From Selaginella moellendorffii (lineage: Eukaryota; Plantae; Lycopodiophyta), in the NCBI RefSeq assembly GCF_000143415.4, contig NW_003314271.1:2347185-2411184 (forward strand): a stretch of DNA of 64,000 nucleotides. The letters are read 5' to 3'. Within the stretch, counting starts at the first letter, position 1, and the number at the start of each line of letters is the position of its first letter. Below, one piece after another: positions 63,634 through 64,000 of this stretch. Below the pieces are notes generated by a model. It did not search any database, was not told the DNA's origin, and saw only the letters and a list, made by a program, of their open reading frames with translations. Both the position numbers and the translations under genes were made by a program.

Positions 63634-64000
63634 ATGGCGGATCAAGGCCCCCAGGCGATGCATTTCACGCTTCATCTGGATAAGCCGATCGCTTGCCAGG
63701 TAATGTTTCTAGGCGGCTGATTTCTCTCGGCAAAGCGCGCATTCTTTCTCTCAGGTGGAGATCGCGTCTTGGAATCCGGAGAAGGATTTGCTCGCAATGG
63801 TGAGCACGGATCATCAGCTCACGGTCCATCGATTCAACTGGCAGAAGCTGTGGACGATTTCTCCGGGTAAAAGACGTTCGATGCATTTGATGTGAGATTT
63901 TACTAGTGATTGGAACAGAGAAGAAGATCACTGCTATATGCTGGCGTCCCGATGGAAAGGCTCTAGCAGTCGGGCACGAAAATGGCGAAATATCTCTTCA
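63634..64000 (+). CDS. APC4: Anaphase-promoting complex subunit 4, 5' part (runs off window)
   Basis: [12 protein letters not shown]|[16 protein letters not shown]...[14 protein letters not shown]|..[16 protein letters not shown]. Confidence 0.93.

Overview
Plant nuclear DNA. The 45-75 nt introns, very tight gene spacing and gene content best fit a lycophyte such as Selaginella (inference). Positions 1 to ~34.1 kb are a nest of Ty3/Gypsy chromovirus-type LTR retroelements. An old decayed copy (A) is split in its integrase by a non-coding LARD-like element (C). C is in turn split at its primer-binding site by a near-complete chromovirus (B, minus strand). Further non-coding relatives (second C copy, family E) and a gag-bearing relative of C (D) follow. 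From ~34.2 kb to the end lies a gene-dense block: Dof-like and Pin-II-like pseudogenes, SCAR/WAVE, a DUF7086-type gene, an AGD14-like ArfGAP, a beta-class amino-methyltransferase-like gene, a VQ protein, PET100-like, WDR5, CIP7-like, CENP-O and the start of APC4. Three observations stand out. (1) The chromovirus integrase is interrupted by two short GT-AG introns, one inside YHPQTDGQTER and one inside the GPY/F motif; the first also occurs in the older copy A, suggesting splicing-controlled integrase/chromodomain expression. (2) A tandem tRNA T-loop/B-box hairpin module is structurally conserved between coding element B and non-coding family E. (3) A host gene has the motif order of prokaryotic beta-class N6A/N4C DNA methyltransferases but a degenerate catalytic motif. 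All family assignments are by eye from motifs; no searches were run.
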